Notes: generated by a model from the sequence alone, not told the origin. Shown: positions 9,730-17,704, counted from the stretch's first letter. The stretch: DNA of 64,000 bases from a virus (IMGVR_UViG_3300009157_000018:27462-91461), one strand, 5' to 3'. Numbers and translations are program-made.

Positions 9730-9909
9730 TTATTGAATCCCTGACTTACAATTCTTAGCTGCCGCGTGGCTGTTCTGGAACGCTCGTTCCTCGGAGTCAC
9801 CATTCGCAATCGTCTTGTTGAAGACGCGCATGAATACTTGCTGACAACGAGTAGTGGTATATTCCTTTTTTACAGCCTCGGGAAGCTCCTCTGTCTTAGA
9901 ATATGGCAC
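9730..9909 (-). CDS. ChaB-family protein (59 aa, below the ORF-track cutoff)
   Basis: Hand translation MPYSKTEELPEAVKKEYTTTRCQQVFMRVFNKTIANGDSEERAFQNSHAAAKNCKSGIQ fits the ChaB pattern MPY....LP..VK...F...FN...EE.A...A.AA.K. Confidence 0.75.
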   Translation of the reverse strand: MPYSKTEELPEAVKKEYTTTRCQQVFMRVFNKTIANGDSEERAFQNSHAAAKNCKSGIQ

Positions 9910-10104
9910 TTACTTTACCTTCCTGAAAGAATCTTCATAATTCGATCTCCATTTCCGTACCTCGCTAGGGCTTGGAAGTCCTGGTATATGCACAATCTCG
10001 CCAAAAGGTTCAGCGTAAGGATCGTAGTCTTCCTCTTCGCGCTTGCGTTCCCAAGCAAGTAGTCTCAGAAGAAACCACCGACCTATGCCTTTTATATCGC
10101 GCAT
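9910..10104 (-). CDS. Hypothetical protein
   Basis: SD GGAGG then ATG 10104. Confidence 0.55.
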   Translation of the reverse strand: MRDIKGIGRWFLLRLLAWERKREEEDYDPYAEPFGEIVHIPGLPSPSEVRKWRSNYEDSFRKVK

Positions 10105-10114
10105 GTCCTGCCTC

Positions 10115-10456
10115 CTAGGGTATTTGGGTCTTTTTATTAGTGTAGCCTCTAGTGTGTGTTCTGATGCGGTGACAGTTGGAGCAGACCACATCGCACTTGA
10201 CTATCTCCAATTGTAGGCGCTCAATAGACATAGAGGAGGCTCTGACTGACCCTATCGCGAATTCCTTGTCGCCCCTATGGTCGAAGTCCATGACATATGG
10301 TGGGTAACTTTCCCCGCAGTCGGCACATGGCTTGCTTTTCGCTGCATCGATATAAGCTCTAGTGCGTGCCCGTGCGCGAAGGTTGGAGTCAATGTATTTC
10401 TCCTTGTTCGCCTCATAATGAGCACGATAAGATTCCTGTGATGCCCAACCGCTCAT
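10115..10456 (-). CDS. HNH endonuclease
   Basis: CADC...DFDH...KCDVVCSNCHRIRT. Confidence 0.85.
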   Translation of the reverse strand: MSGWASQESYRAHYEANKEKYIDSNLRARARTRAYIDAAKSKPCADCGESYPPYVMDFDHRGDKEFAIGSVRASSMSIERLQLEIVKCDVVCSNCHRIRTHTRGYTNKKTQIP

Positions 10457-10474
10457 GGTCGCCTTCTATAAAGT

Positions 10475-10551
10475 TGGTCTGGGAGGCTGGGATCGAACCA
10501 GCGACCTTCTGCTCCCAAAGCAGACGCGCTACCTGGCTGCGCTACACCCAG
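10475..10551 (-). tRNA. tRNA-Pro(TGG)
   Basis: Cloverleaf, loop TT-TGG-GA, CCA. Confidence 0.92.
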
Positions 10552-10559
10552 ACGCTAAT

Positions 10560-10631
10560 TGGAGAGAGGGGGCACGATCCCCTGACGAGGGGCTATCACC
10601 CTCGCTTGGTCCCAACCAACATGGCTCTCCA
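10560..10631 (-). ncRNA. Non-canonical tRNA-like cloverleaf RNA
   Basis: Acceptor TGGAGAG/CTCTCCA, D-like TTGGT/ACCAA, arm GCGAGGG/CCCTCGT with loop TGATAGC, T-like AGGGG/CCCCT with loop ATCGTGC. Confidence 0.6.
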
Positions 10632-10767
10632 TTGAAATCCCGGCTACACGGCATTACGCCTTACCACTGCCCCAAACGAAGGAGCACCCACCTTCCTTAC
10701 CGGGTGCGCGTAGCAGCGGCCTCACGGCTCACACTCCACGCTACCGTGGGAGTCACCCACGAATTAT

Positions 10768-10843
10768 TGGTGCTACCGGACGGGATCGAACCGCCGACGC
10801 TCTGCTCTTCAAGCAGACGCTCTACCTACTGAGCTACAGTAGC
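10768..10843 (-). tRNA. tRNA-Phe(GAA)
   Basis: Cloverleaf, loop TT-GAA-GA, CCA. Confidence 0.92.
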
Positions 10844-10845
10844 AC

Positions 10846-10929
10846 TGGTGGTACTCCAGGGATTCGAACCCCGATAGCCAAGACGACTGCTTTACACGCA
10901 GTTGATTTCACCCACTTACCATGAGTACC
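10846..10929 (-). tRNA. tRNA-Tyr(GTA)
   Basis: Long variable arm, loop GT-GTA-AA, CCA. Confidence 0.88.
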
Positions 10930-10931
10930 AT

Positions 10932-11003
10932 TGGCGCCGCCAGAAGGACTCGAACCCTCAATAAAAGCTTAGAACACTTCGACCCATCCAATGGGATGGC
11001 GGC
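10932..11003 (-). tRNA. tRNA-Arg(TCT), shortened D arm
   Basis: Acceptor GCCGCCA/TGGCGGC, loop GT-TCT-AA, canonical T arm, CCA. Confidence 0.75.
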
Positions 11004-11011
11004 GTATTTTG

Positions 11012-11164
11012 TTACGGAGTGAGTGCGCTCAGTGCTAGAGCAACCAGCACTAGCCCAACCCATCCTAGTTTGATGGTGCTAGTTCCCAACTTGAAATCGA
11101 TAGCCTCTAGTCCAAATAGGATTGCGGCTATGATATACATAATTAGATCAGGAGTAACGTCCAT
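11012..11164 (-). CDS. Small membrane protein (50 aa, two hydrophobic segments)
   Basis: Hand translation MDVTPDLIMYIIAAILFGLEAIDFKLGTSTIKLGWVGLVLVALALSALTP. Confidence 0.6.
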   Translation of the reverse strand: MDVTPDLIMYIIAAILFGLEAIDFKLGTSTIKLGWVGLVLVALALSALTP

Positions 11165-11236
11165 TTATACCCTCTTTGCGAAGAAGATGATCGCTAAGAT
11201 CACCAATATGATAATCAGAATTGTTACTACGTCCAT
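11165..11236 (-). CDS. 23-aa hydrophobic peptide
   Basis: SD GAGGTGA; MDVVTILIIILVILAIIFFAKRV; its stop abuts the next ATG. Confidence 0.55.
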   Translation of the reverse strand: MDVVTILIIILVILAIIFFAKRV

Positions 11237-11399
11237 TTTCTCACCTCTGTTGTGCCGGTAACGAGACTTCCGGCTCGGAACCTACCGCCAGAGCGATGCC
11301 GACGAGGGCCTTCCCGAGATGGCTTCTGGCTTATACCTCGGTACACATGACCCAACCGCTTACGGGGACCACGTGGTAGTCCTTGGGAGCGGGGTTAAT

Positions 11400-11487
11400 T
11401 GGCGGAAGGCCAAGGAATCGAACCTTGGCTGGTGTTACCCAGGCTACTGTTCAGCAAACAGACACATTACCGCTCTGTCAACCTTCC
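11400..11487 (-). tRNA. tRNA-Ser(GCT)
   Basis: Long variable arm, anticodon GCT, G73, CCA. Confidence 0.9.
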
Positions 11488-11489
11488 GT

Positions 11490-11565
11490 TGGTGAGTCCG
11501 GCAGGGCTCGAACCTGCATACGCGGAGTTTAAAAGACTCCCGTTCATCCGTTGAACTACGGACCC
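11490..11565 (-). tRNA. tRNA-Lys(TTT)
   Basis: Loop CT-TTT-AA, CCA. Confidence 0.92.
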
Positions 11566-11568
11566 ATT

Positions 11569-11642
11569 TGGAGGACTCTGCCAGATTCGAACTGGCGTAA
11601 GCGGGTTTGCAATCCGCCCCCTCGCCGCTCGGGCAAGAGTCC
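11569..11642 (-). tRNA. tRNA-Cys(GCA)
   Basis: Loop TT-GCA-AA, U73, CCA. Confidence 0.92.
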
Positions 11643-11781
11643 TTGTTAACCTCTGGCGACTGCGGTGACCACAAACACACCCTACTTACGCTGGGGCCTA
11701 CGATGATCGCAAGCGATCTTGGGCGCCTGGGCAGTCCGCCGATCAGACGCGCATGTGGTCTCTTCCTCAGAGGCTAATTAT

Positions 11782-11894
11782 TGGAAGAAAGGCTTACACA
11801 CCGCGCATTTATTTCTGATTCACGCGGCCCTTATCTAGTCCGGCTAAGCAGTACAGAAACACTGCTTTCGCCCCCCACTCCTGGGCCTTCCTTC
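11782..11894 (-). ncRNA. Candidate ~113-nt structured RNA ending in CCA
   Basis: 10-bp closing stem GAAGGAAGGC/GCCTTTCTTC, internal hairpins AAGCAGTG/TACTGCTT and CCGCGTG/TGCGCGG; no ORF. Confidence 0.5.
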
Positions 11895-11902
11895 GCATCT
11901 AT

Positions 11903-11978
11903 TGGTGGGCAGCATAGGGATCGAACCTATGACCTACTGTATGTCATACAGACGCTCTTACCGCTGAGCTAGCCGCCC
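11903..11978 (-). tRNA. tRNA-Val(GAC)
   Basis: Loop AT-GAC-AT, CCA. Confidence 0.9.
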
Positions 11979-12151
11979 GCTTGTTCTTTTGCTCGTTCTA
12001 ATATCGACTTGCGCTCTTCCTCAGGGTCTACTAAAACTACTCTGGGAGAAGGTGATAAAGGAACAACTTCTTCTTCCTTATCCTCCTTCGGTCGGTCCGG
12101 CATACGCTCCTCGGGTCGGAACTGCGTATAAGTTCGCTTTCGTTTAGCCAT
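11969..12151 (-). CDS. Hypothetical charged protein
   Basis: 60 aa, SD GGGGTGA; stop TAG is positions 8-10 of tRNA-Val(GAC). Confidence 0.55.
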   Translation of the reverse strand: MAKRKRTYTQFRPEERMPDRPKEDKEEEVVPLSPSPRVVLVDPEEERKSILERAKEQAGG

Positions 12152-12329
12152 GATTCACCCCATCGTCTTCGATAGTAATGTTGGATTCTTTGAAGGGGAC
12201 TGCTCCACCTTCATTCTCCCAATCGGATGCTGGCTGATCTTCTACTGATTCGTAGATGCGCCGCAATCGATCCGATTCGGTCCTGCCTCCAAAGGCAGGT
12301 TGGCGAGTAATTATTCCTATATCGTTCAT
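12144..12329 (-). CDS. Hypothetical protein (WENEGG motif)
   Basis: SD AAGGAG then ATG 12329. Confidence 0.55.
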   Translation of the reverse strand: MNDIGIITRQPAFGGRTESDRLRRIYESVEDQPASDWENEGGAVPFKESNITIEDDGVNHG

Positions 12330-12495
12330 ATTCTCCTTAGATCGTAGTTTCGCCATCTGTCCCTATATACTCCATCATCATCGGGGACTTGCATGGCCGA
12401 TCCGACCACCAAGTGCCAATCATTGATCGTAATGTGGAGTCGTATACCTTCAAGACCACAACTCCATCGTGTGCATAGATGTATTTTCATAGTTT

Positions 12496-12571
12496 TGGTA
12501 GCCCCCCTGAGATTCGAACTCAGACTGGAACGCTTTTGAGACGTTTGCCTCTGCCGTTGGGCTAGAGGGCC
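12496..12571 (-). tRNA. tRNA-Leu(CAA), short variable loop
   Basis: Loop CT-CAA-AA, A73, CCA. Confidence 0.88.
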
Positions 12572-12573
12572 AT

Positions 12574-12649
12574 TGGTACCCTCGGTCAGATTCGAACTGA
12601 CACTGGACCGGGCTTAAACCGGACGCCTCTGCCGTTGGGCTACGAGGGC
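12574..12649 (-). tRNA. tRNA-Leu(TAA), short variable loop
   Basis: Loop TT-TAA-GC, A73, CCA. Confidence 0.88.
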
Positions 12650-13881
12650 TCTCTTAGCCGGAACCCGGCCTGTACCTGTTCGGGTTCGGCACGAATAGCC
12701 GACCCCTTAGATTGATCAAACAACTCTGCTATTGTATGCGATCTTTTCTCAATTGTCAAGTCATGCTCGGCAGCCCATTGTGCGGACTCAGTTGCATTTA
12801 ACTCACTGAATCGGATGCTGGCTGAAATTCGACCAGGACGAGCCACCGCTGGATGGAATCTACCGATATCTTCATTGGTAGTAATCAGTACAAGGATGCG
12901 AAGCCCTTGACCAATCAATCCATCTACGAGGTTCAGTAGACGACTTAAACCCTGGCCTGATCGCTCTTTAGCATCTGCGCTTAAGAGCTCGCCTGTATCT
13001 TCGAAGATCAGGGTGCGCCAGCGTTTGTCTGGCTCACTCTCGCCCTCGTCATCATCAAGCGGAGAATATCTCTCACTACCGATGATAACATTCATCAGAT
13101 AGGATGCTTCTGCACCGAAGAATTTCTCAGGGTCAACGACATACTCGAAATCACACCAATCTCGCCATTCGTTAGCCAGTGCCCGAATTGCATAGGTTTT
13201 CCCGGTTCCTGGAGGGCCATACCACAAGAGCAATTGTCCTGTGACTAAAGATTCGGGCCGGAAATCCTTGGCCAACATCTTCGATAGACCTGTGTAGGTC
13301 TCATAAGAATAGTTGGGTGCGATTTCGTCCCATTTTGGAACTGCAATCTTCCGACGAATCAGATTCGGGCCGTTGGATGCCAGCGACCAGAAGTGCAGAT
13401 CAATGATGTGTTCGTCGCCTTCGGCTGTGATCGGCTTATACACATCATGTAGGCCGATCAGCCACTTCACACCTATGTCATAGTCATCTGTGTAACAAGT
13501 GAAGGTAGAAGCTCCGGCATCGCGAGATACAATGTCAATGATAATCTCGTCATTGATCCAAGTAAAACGCTCCCAGCGCTTGCTGCTATTCTTGAAAGTT
13601 TTGGGGTCCATGTAGCTGCGCCGATAAAACAACGGCACGCCCATGTCCGCAAGGTGAGACTCTTCTACGACTACATCCGTCTCCCAATTGGCAGACACAC
13701 AATAACGAAGACCTCGGGCCGCGATCTCGCGCATCGCGATATCGTGTCCCAGACTGTCATCGCTGGTTTCCAAGGCCAATCCAATTTGCTTCGCATCAGT
13801 CTCGACTAATACCCCTGTACTTGCCGGTAGACCAATTTCAGCCCTGGAGAAATCCTTGCCCTTGTCGTATGATCTTCCCAT
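12640..13881 (-). CDS. AAA+ ATPase (DUF5925-associated type)
   Basis: Walker A YGPPGTGKT, Walker B LIFED, LSRLLNLVDGL, ITTN, RPGR arginine finger; stop TAG is positions 8-10 of tRNA-Leu(TAA). Confidence 0.85.
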   Translation of the reverse strand: MGRSYDKGKDFSRAEIGLPASTGVLVETDAKQIGLALETSDDSLGHDIAMREIAARGLRYCVSANWETDVVVEESHLADMGVPLFYRRSYMDPKTFKNSSKRWERFTWINDEIIIDIVSRDAGASTFTCYTDDYDIGVKWLIGLHDVYKPITAEGDEHIIDLHFWSLASNGPNLIRRKIAVPKWDEIAPNYSYETYTGLSKMLAKDFRPESLVTGQLLLWYGPPGTGKTYAIRALANEWRDWCDFEYVVDPEKFFGAEASYLMNVIIGSERYSPLDDDEGESEPDKRWRTLIFEDTGELLSADAKERSGQGLSRLLNLVDGLIGQGLRILVLITTNEDIGRFHPAVARPGRISASIRFSELNATESAQWAAEHDLTIEKRSHTIAELFDQSKGSAIRAEPEQVQAGFRLREPS

Positions 13882-13898
13882 GTTCCTCCCGAAATATT

Positions 13899-13975
13899 TG
13901 GGGTGACCGCAGAGGCTCGAACTCTGTTACCTCGGTCCACAACCGAGTGCCTCAGCCGGTTTGGCTTCGGCCACC
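13899..13975 (-). tRNA. tRNA-His(GTG)
   Basis: Loop TT-GTG-GA, encoded G-1 opposite C73, CCA. Confidence 0.92.
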
Positions 13976-13980
13976 ATGGT

Positions 13981-14052
13981 TGGCGGGAACGGTAGGAATC
14001 GAACCCACTGCGTTCTGCTTTGGAGGCAGTCGCCTTACCTTAAGTCGAACCC
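13981..14052 (-). tRNA. tRNA-Trp(CCA), short D arm and two U-U acceptor mismatches
   Basis: Loop CT-CCA-AA, canonical T arm, G73, CCA. Confidence 0.75.
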
Positions 14053-14112
14053 GCGCTAATGGGAGTGCCAGGCCAAACGCTCAACTCGACCCCTGTTGCT
14101 CCCTTGTCGGGG

Positions 14113-14142
14113 ATTCTACTACACCCCGATAGCGCTTGTCAA
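14113..14142 (-). promoter_or_regulatory. Sigma70-type promoter with an inverted repeat around the -10
   Basis: TTGACA-18-TAGAAT; TCGGGG...CCCCGA brackets the -10. Confidence 0.6.
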
Positions 14143-14144
14143 GT

Positions 14145-14435
14145 TTATCCTTGAGGCTGTTCGCCTGAAGGCGGATCGCCCAGAGCAGCGCTTCCAGAAG
14201 AAGCCGCCTCAGCAACGAGGGCCTTGGTGGTCTTCGCTGAGAAGACGAGCTGACGGATAATTTCTGTAGCGATGGCAGCGGCAGCAAGGCCAACAGCCAC
14301 AACAAACTCAGACGAGAACTCTAGCCCTAACTGGCCAGCAATAAACAGCGTAGCAGCAGTAGCAGCGGCAGAAGAGTAAGCGACAATACGAGCAGCTTCT
14401 CGTTCTAGTAAACCTTTAATCCAATCTGGTAGCAT
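14145..14435 (-). CDS. Holin (putative)
   Basis: 96 aa, two hydrophobic helices, directly downstream of the endolysin. Confidence 0.65.
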   Translation of the reverse strand: MLPDWIKGLLEREAARIVAYSSAAATAATLFIAGQLGLEFSSEFVVAVGLAAAAIATEIIRQLVFSAKTTKALVAEAASSGSAALGDPPSGEQPQG

Positions 14436-14459
14436 ATCTAAATTCCTTACTATATAGTA

Positions 14460-15365
14460 TTATCCCAACGCGACCTTCGCGTTGTTAATCTTCTGGTTCT
14501 GCGCCGTGAGAATCACGGTCATGTCATCCAGTTGAGTCTTTAGAGGGGCAGTAGCAGCAGCAATCTCTGCGGCGCAATCCGATGGAGTAGAAACAGTCTC
14601 AGCAGAAATAAGAGGCGTTAGTGTAGAGATATGGAAATATCCGCGCTCTTGCTTGCTTCCTGTCCACAAAGCACCCGTATACCATGCGCTTGATCCATTG
14701 ATGTTGGCTCCACCGACTTGAAAATCTGGATAAAAGATAGTACCAGCCGGGAATTGAGCAAGAGCTGCGTTTGCAGTACTTGGATCACGCCGGAAGTTCG
14801 TGCCAGCATTTTTGGTTGATGCCTGCTTATTGATTAGCCGCTGAGGATTGCTTCCAAGTACCACTTCTGATGCTCCTGCCGTAAGAATGGTTTGATCTAA
14901 CAGGGGCCACAAATCCTTGGCCACACCATTAGGAAATTGACTAGTGTGCTGTTTACAATCTGCATGTAGATGTGGGCCACTGATTCCGTAACCAGTTGCA
15001 CCCAGGACACCAATCTGTTGCCCTTTAGACACGGTTGTATTCACAGCCACACTAAATGACTGAAGATGGGCGTATCCTGTAGACCAATACCCACCTGAGT
15101 CTAAGCGACCAGCATGTGTCACTCGCATGATCAGGGCTCCATGACCAACCTGGCCCGGTGTATTTTGAATATACCGACTGGTTACCTTACCAGAGGCCAT
15201 TGCATACACGGGAGCCCCCTGTCGTGCATTGCCAATGTCAAGAGCACATCCAACACCGGACCTTACATGCGCGGCACATCCACGAGTTACGACGAAATCA
15301 AGATTACCAGCTGGCCTAACCCAACCTTCTGGGTGGAGATAGCCAGGAACTGGAGTTGCAAACAT
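14460..15365 (-). CDS. Endolysin: M23 peptidase, SH3-like region and coiled-coil tail
   Basis: ALDI...G.PVYA...G.V, YAHL, V.KGQ.IG..G.TG...GPHLH. Confidence 0.85.
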   Translation of the reverse strand: MFATPVPGYLHPEGWVRPAGNLDFVVTRGCAAHVRSGVGCALDIGNARQGAPVYAMASGKVTSRYIQNTPGQVGHGALIMRVTHAGRLDSGGYWSTGYAHLQSFSVAVNTTVSKGQQIGVLGATGYGISGPHLHADCKQHTSQFPNGVAKDLWPLLDQTILTAGASEVVLGSNPQRLINKQASTKNAGTNFRRDPSTANAALAQFPAGTIFYPDFQVGGANINGSSAWYTGALWTGSKQERGYFHISTLTPLISAETVSTPSDCAAEIAAATAPLKTQLDDMTVILTAQNQKINNAKVALG

Positions 15366-15387
15366 ACCTTCTGTCCTTCCGGGCGCT

Positions 15388-15411
15388 AAAAAGCGCCCTT
15401 AGGAGGCGCTT
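15388..15411 (-). terminator. Intrinsic terminator upstream of the endolysin
   Basis: AAGCGCC-tcctaag-GGCGCTT-TTT. Confidence 0.6.
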
Positions 15412-15416
15412 AAGTT

Positions 15417-15499
15417 TGGTACTGACCGAGAGATTCGAACTCTCACCCCGAAGGACTTGTTCCTAAGACAAGCGCGTAAACCAATTCCGCCAGGCCAGC
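15417..15499 (-). tRNA. tRNA-Leu(TAG)
   Basis: Variable arm with CTTCGG, loop CT-TAG-GA, CCA. Confidence 0.92.
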
Positions 15500-15600
15500 A
15501 CACGATTAGTGCCGGTTACCGGGTCCGGCGCTGTTTCAGACGGGATACATTTTACAAGCCCCAAATTGGCTAACCGATTACCTCTCACAGCGGTAAGTAA

Positions 15601-15678
15601 TGGTGGAGGCGCGGAGAATCGAACTCCGATCTTTCGGGTGCAAACCGACTGTGTAGACGCCACTAGCACTACACCCCC
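15601..15678 (-). tRNA. tRNA-Ala(TGC)
   Basis: G3-U70, A73, loop TT-TGC-AC, CCA. Confidence 0.9.
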
Positions 15679-15686
15679 ACGACCAT

Positions 15687-15697
15687 ATTGTACCACA
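15687..15697 (-). promoter_or_regulatory. Extended -10 promoter TGTGGTACAAT
   Basis: 8 nt upstream of tRNA-Ala. Confidence 0.55.
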
Positions 15698-15701
15698 GTT
15701 A

Positions 15702-16187
15702 TTATGAAGACGCCAGACGAATGATGAGATTGATCGCCAGAGAACCGACCGTAGCCGCGATCCCGACGAGAAGACCGACCTTCCATTGGTTGCTTCGTAG
15801 ACGGTCGTTTTGGTCTTCACGATCTCTAGCCATCTGCTCCTTTGAAAGACGTTCGGTTTCAACCCGCTTGATTTCGGCAGTCTTCAGTTCTGCTAGCGTC
15901 ATAGAAATGGTCGCAATGTCAGCCTTCGTAGCAAAATTGCGCTCTCGGTCATTCATGGTCTCACGCCACTCATTGGCGTCAGCCTTGTTTTCTTTCGCTA
16001 GCAGGGCGGCAGTGTCGATCGCCGCCTGAGAGAATTGGTGTTCCCTAGCGTGAGCGGCTTCGTGTTGTAAATGTTCCCGTTCATGATTGGCCCAAATTAG
16101 GTCCAAACGGTCACGGAGGGCAACAAGTTCGCCATGAATGGTTGCATTTGTCGCCCGAGTTGAATTTTCAGTGTTGTCCTCAGGCAT
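15702..16187 (-). CDS. Coiled-coil protein with a C-terminal TM helix (possibly lysis-associated)
   Basis: 161 aa, single C-terminal TM; nearest CDS upstream of the endolysin. Confidence 0.6.
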   Translation of the reverse strand: MPEDNTENSTRATNATIHGELVALRDRLDLIWANHEREHLQHEAAHAREHQFSQAAIDTAALLAKENKADANEWRETMNDRERNFATKADIATISMTLAELKTAEIKRVETERLSKEQMARDREDQNDRLRSNQWKVGLLVGIAATVGSLAINLIIRLASS

Positions 16188-16225
16188 TACCCCTCCCCCT
16201 GTGCCACTAGCACATGGTATGCATG

Positions 16226-16444
16226 TTATACTTCAGGTTGATCGATAATTTCAGTTGCCTCTGGCATTTTCATGCCATCAGCATTGAAGTTCTTGGCTGC
16301 TTCCTTAGCAATAGCCTCGGCTGCTGGATCACGCATCGGCGTGAGCTTAGGAGGAAGAAGTAGTTCATCCTTCATAGCCTTAACGCGCTTCTCAGCCTCC
16401 TTGTCATCCTTGTATCTGCGACTATTACGCAAGTTCTTTAACAC
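16226..16444 (-). CDS. Hypothetical protein
   Basis: GTG start after tRNA-Asp; the track ORF wrongly extends through the tRNA. Confidence 0.55.
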   Translation of the reverse strand: MLKNLRNSRRYKDDKEAEKRVKAMKDELLLPPKLTPMRDPAAEAIAKEAAKNFNADGMKMPEATEIIDQPEV

Positions 16445-16456
16445 TCTACCCTCGTT

Positions 16457-16532
16457 TGGCGGCGCCCAAGAGACTCGAACTCTCTGACTTCTGGTTGACA
16501 ACCAGATACCGATACCCTTTGGCTTCGGCGCC
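16457..16532 (-). tRNA. tRNA-Asp(GTC)
   Basis: Loop TT-GTC-AA, G73, CCA. Confidence 0.88.
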
Positions 16533-16541
16533 ACGCTAATT

Positions 16542-16615
16542 TGGAGCGGCTACCCAGGATCGAACTGGGACTAACAGCTTGGAAGGCTGTTGTACTGCCG
16601 TTATACGACAGCCGC
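16542..16615 (-). tRNA. tRNA-Gly(TCC)
   Basis: Loop CT-TCC-AA, U73, CCA. Confidence 0.92.
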
Positions 16616-17253
16616 TAGTTCAATTGTTGATGCTGTCCTGACCGCCTACCCCATAGCCAACTACCGATCATCAACAGAAGCACAACACCTACTACGCTAA
16701 TCCCACCAGGAATTTCCGGTGTGGCTGTGTCCGTTAAGGGTCCAGGTAGAGATGGATACTCACCGCCGGTGCCAGGACCAGGTAGTGGAGGTGCAGGCGC
16801 TCCGGGTGAAACATCACACGGTCTACTGAAAAGGCTGACGAAGTATGTTCGTCCAGTAGAAGGCTGGAAATATGCAGCGGAACCGATTTCAGCCCAATTG
16901 CCAGTCATTACGGCAAGGTGAGACGGACTGCCGATCCATCCGATTACCGCCTGCGCCAAAGGATCAGCGTAACCCTTATTCCACGCAATGATCTCGCCCC
17001 ACGACCAACAACCTAACCGTTGGGTTAGATCGGTGTGTGCAAACTCTCCCGTCACTGTGATTTCTATTACTCGTTCTAGTGCAACTCTGGTTAGCAGTGC
17101 AGAGGTTGGTAGGTCCGATTCTCCTACCGACACACGATACGCATTAACGGCGTCATCGACTGGTGTGGCTGCGTAAACTGGAGTTGTAATCCCAAATACA
17201 AGTGCAAGAATGATAATAATTAACCTTCGCATCAGGTCCCCCCCCAACATCAT
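16615..17253 (-). CDS. Secreted CAP (SCP/PR-1) domain protein with Pro-rich linker and C-terminal membrane anchor
   Basis: Signal peptide; VNAYR, FAH, GEIIAW, W.GSPSHL motifs; C-terminal LTDTA + TM + RR. Confidence 0.8.
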   Translation of the reverse strand: MMLGGDLMRRLIIIILALVFGITTPVYAATPVDDAVNAYRVSVGESDLPTSALLTRVALERVIEITVTGEFAHTDLTQRLGCWSWGEIIAWNKGYADPLAQAVIGWIGSPSHLAVMTGNWAEIGSAAYFQPSTGRTYFVSLFSRPCDVSPGAPAPPLPGPGTGGEYPSLPGPLTDTATPEIPGGISVVGVVLLLMIGSWLWGRRSGQHQQLN

Positions 17254-17302
17254 ATAGTGCCAAATAGGTAGCTATCCGACCAGCCACACTATTTATATGT
17301 GT

Positions 17303-17378
17303 TGGAGCCCCTGACAGGAATCGAACCCGCATACGCTCTGCTTCGAAGGCAGACGTTCATCCGTTGAACTACAGAGGC
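17303..17378 (-). tRNA. tRNA-Arg(TCG)
   Basis: Loop CT-TCG-AA, CCA. Confidence 0.9.
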
Positions 17379-17380
17379 CC

Positions 17381-17454
17381 TGGTAGCGACTGCGGGACTC
17401 GAACCCGCTTCTCCGACTTGAAAGGCCGGATGCTCAGCCCTATGCTCAGCCGCC
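17381..17454 (-). tRNA. tRNA-Glu(TTC)
   Basis: Loop CT-TTC-AA, weak D arm, CCA. Confidence 0.82.
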
Positions 17455-17463
17455 GTGATAAAT

Positions 17464-17539
17464 TGGTACGGCCTACCAGATTCGAACTGGTGATCTTCTG
17501 ATTGAGAATCAGATGCCTTGTCCGCTTGGCCAAGGCCGC
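17464..17539 (-). tRNA. tRNA-Glu(CTC)
   Basis: Loop TT-CTC-AA, CCA. Confidence 0.9.
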
Positions 17540-17628
17540 ATAAGTAGCCCATCTCACCCCGTGACCGCAGCACTTGTTGGGACAGTTACTAGCGACACCC
17601 CAAGTGGGTCGAGAGATAGGCGTGTAAT

Positions 17629-17704
17629 TGGCGAGCCCCCCGAGATTCGAACTCGGAACCTTATGGGTAAGAACCATCTGCACCAGCCGTTGTGCTAGAG
17701 GCCC
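17629..17704 (-). tRNA. tRNA-Lys(CTT)
   Basis: Loop TT-CTT-AC, CCA. Confidence 0.9.
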
